Of a stretch of DNA of 16,514 nt, positions 14,904 through 16,514 are shown one piece after another. The notes beneath the pieces are model-generated. The model was not told the origin of the DNA. It made no database searches and worked only from the letters and a program-made list of their open reading frames with translations. Positions within the stretch are counted from its first letter, which is position 1. Every line of letters starts with the position of its first letter. The DNA comes from Nitrospirota bacterium (GTDB lineage Bacteria; Nitrospirota; UBA9217): the NCBI GenBank assembly GCA_029858565.1, contig JAOUEV010000067.1, forward strand, positions 1 through 16,514, given 5' to 3'. The position numbers were made by a program, and so were the translations under genes.

Positions 14904-15989
14904 TCAGACCTCGCCGCCCCGCTCGCTGCATCGCCGGATGATCTCATCTGCCATTCTGGTCAAAGGCACGACCTTGTCCACGGCCCCGGTCCTGATCGCT
15001 TCCTGCGGCATCCCGAAGATGACCGCGCTTTCCTCGGCCTCGGCTAGGCACTGGCCCTGTCCTCGCTTGATGGCAAAAGTGCCCGCCGCCCCGTCATTTC
15101 CCATTCCGGTAAGAACTACACCGAGCGCTGCGGGGCCGCATGCTTCGGCCACGGAGATCATCATACGGTCCGCCGAGGGCGTGTACTTGTCGTCAGGGGT
15201 GGTCGGCTCGAGCGCCGTCACCAGTCCGTCACGCCCCCGCTTCACCAGAAGATGATGGTTTCCCGGCGCGATAAGGGCCATCCCGGGTCGCAGCCGTTCC
15301 CCCGCCGATGCCTCGCTCACGATTATCGACGACATCTTGTTCATCCGCTCGGCAAAGCTGCGCGTGAACCCCGCCGGCATATGCTGGGAGATGACGATGC
15401 TCGCTCCGAGATCCGCGGGCAATGCGGTCAGGATGGCCTGGATCGCCGGAGGCCCCCCGGTGGATGCCGCGATCGCCACCACCTCGACCGGTCCCTTCCT
15501 GCGCACAGGCTCGTCCGCAGGCCGGGCGACCGGCGCCGGCCGGTCCCGCGCGAGCAGGCTGATCGCGGACTGCACTTTCCGCATCTCCAGGTTGAGCATG
15601 CCGCGCACCTTGGTCAGCAGTTCATCGCGTATCGACTCGATGCGCTTCGAGATTCGCGCTTCCGGCTTGGCAACGAACTCCACGGCACCAAGTTCGAGCG
15701 CCCGGAACACGCTCCGGCTGTCCGAACGCGACGAGATCACCAGCACCGGAGTGGGACGCTCCTTCATGACCCAGCGGAGAAAGGTGTAGCCGTCCATATT
15801 GGGCATCTCGAGATCAAGCGTGATCACATCCGGCGCAAGCCGAAGCGTCTTGGCAATGGCGTCTACCCCGTCGGTGGCAAAGCCAACGACCTCGATGTCC
15901 CGTTCGCTTTCCAGCATGGTCGTGATCGCGCTCCGATTGAAAGCGGAGTCATCGACCACCATCGCCCGTATCGCCCGCTTACCCTGCAC
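14904..15989 (-). CDS. cheB: Chemotaxis response regulator protein-glutamate methylesterase
   Basis: N-terminal receiver (VVDDS, TLDLEMP) plus catalytic triad motifs ASTGG, QHMP and LTGMGNDG. GTG start overlaps the end of cheR. Confidence 0.96.
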   Translation of the reverse strand: MQGKRAIRAMVVDDSAFNRSAITTMLESERDIEVVGFATDGVDAIAKTLRLAPDVITLDLEMPNMDGYTFLRWVMKERPTPVLVISSRSDSRSVFRALELGAVEFVAKPEARISKRIESIRDELLTKVRGMLNLEMRKVQSAISLLARDRPAPVARPADEPVRRKGPVEVVAIAASTGGPPAIQAILTALPADLGASIVISQHMPAGFTRSFAERMNKMSSIIVSEASAGERLRPGMALIAPGNHHLLVKRGRDGLVTALEPTTPDDKYTPSADRMMISVAEACGPAALGVVLTGMGNDGAAGTFAIKRGQGQCLAEAEESAVIFGMPQEAIRTGAVDKVVPLTRMADEIIRRCSERGGEV

Positions 15990-16514
15990 GGTTCACCGTT
16001 CCCGGCCGCTCCGGCCGCTGGTACACCATGTCGTTCCGGAGGGTCCGGAGCGTGAAGGCCGTGGAAATATTGATGAGAGACTCCGAATGACCGAGCAGCA
16101 GGAACCCGCCCTCCCGCAGCTTGTCATGAAAACTCTCGATCACCTTTTTCTTGGCCTCCCGGTCAAAATAGATGATTACGTTCCGGCAAAAGATGATATC
16201 CAGGTCCCGGATCAGGCTTGTCTTGTAGGGGTCCAGCAAGTTCACGGAACTGAACGATACGAGATCCCGCACGGAATCCACGATCCGGTAATCGCCTTTG
16301 CCTTCATCGATGAAATACTTCTTCAGCATGTCCGGCGGCGTTGATCGATGGGAGCCCTTCTTGTACACGCCCTTTCGAGCGGTATGCAGCACACGCTGAT
16401 TGATATCGCTCCCCAGGATATCGATCTGCCAATCGCGCCACCAGTCGCCCGACTCCAGCAGCAGGATCGCTATGGTATAGGGTTCCTCGCCCGTGGAGCA
16501 GCCGGCGCTCCAGA
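15979..16514 (-). CDS. cheR: Chemotaxis protein-glutamate methyltransferase, 5'-truncated by the window edge
   Basis: The frame stays open to the window end: WSAGCSTGEEPYTIA...ILGSDINQRVL..ARKGVY, then DIIFCRNVIIYFD and GGFLLLGHSESL. Confidence 0.96.
   Translation of the reverse strand, partial: WSAGCSTGEEPYTIAILLLESGDWWRDWQIDILGSDINQRVLHTARKGVYKKGSHRSTPPDMLKKYFIDEGKGDYRIVDSVRDLVSFSSVNLLDPYKTSLIRDLDIIFCRNVIIYFDREAKKKVIESFHDKLREGGFLLLGHSESLINISTAFTLRTLRNDMVYQRPERPGTVNRAG

Overview
A GC-rich bacterial chromosomal window. Gene content suggests an anaerobe of the Nitrospirota/Desulfobacterota type (inference only). Almost all genes are on the minus strand. From right to left: (i) the tail of a chemosensory operon (partial cheR, cheB, a coiled-coil+GAF protein, a CheY-like receiver); (ii) rlmN on the plus strand and two more stand-alone receiver proteins; (iii) a folate/C1, Wood-Ljungdahl-related operon: cooC, 5-formyl-THF cyclo-ligase, folE, a chemoreceptor, a 690-aa flavo-Fe/S fusion, metV, metF; (iv) a small accessory islet with an AT-rich orphan gene and a Phd/YefM-VapC toxin-antitoxin pair; (v) panB and thyX. 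The most notable element is the 690-aa protein directly upstream of metVF. It joins a circularly permuted GltD/Nfn-large-subunit-like NAD(P)H-flavin module, an HdrA-C-terminal-type 2x[4Fe-4S] domain and an MvhD/FlpD [2Fe-2S] domain. It is a candidate single-chain electron donor for MetVF, with no hdrABC or rnfC2 in the operon. No rRNA, tRNA, CRISPR array or transposase was seen.
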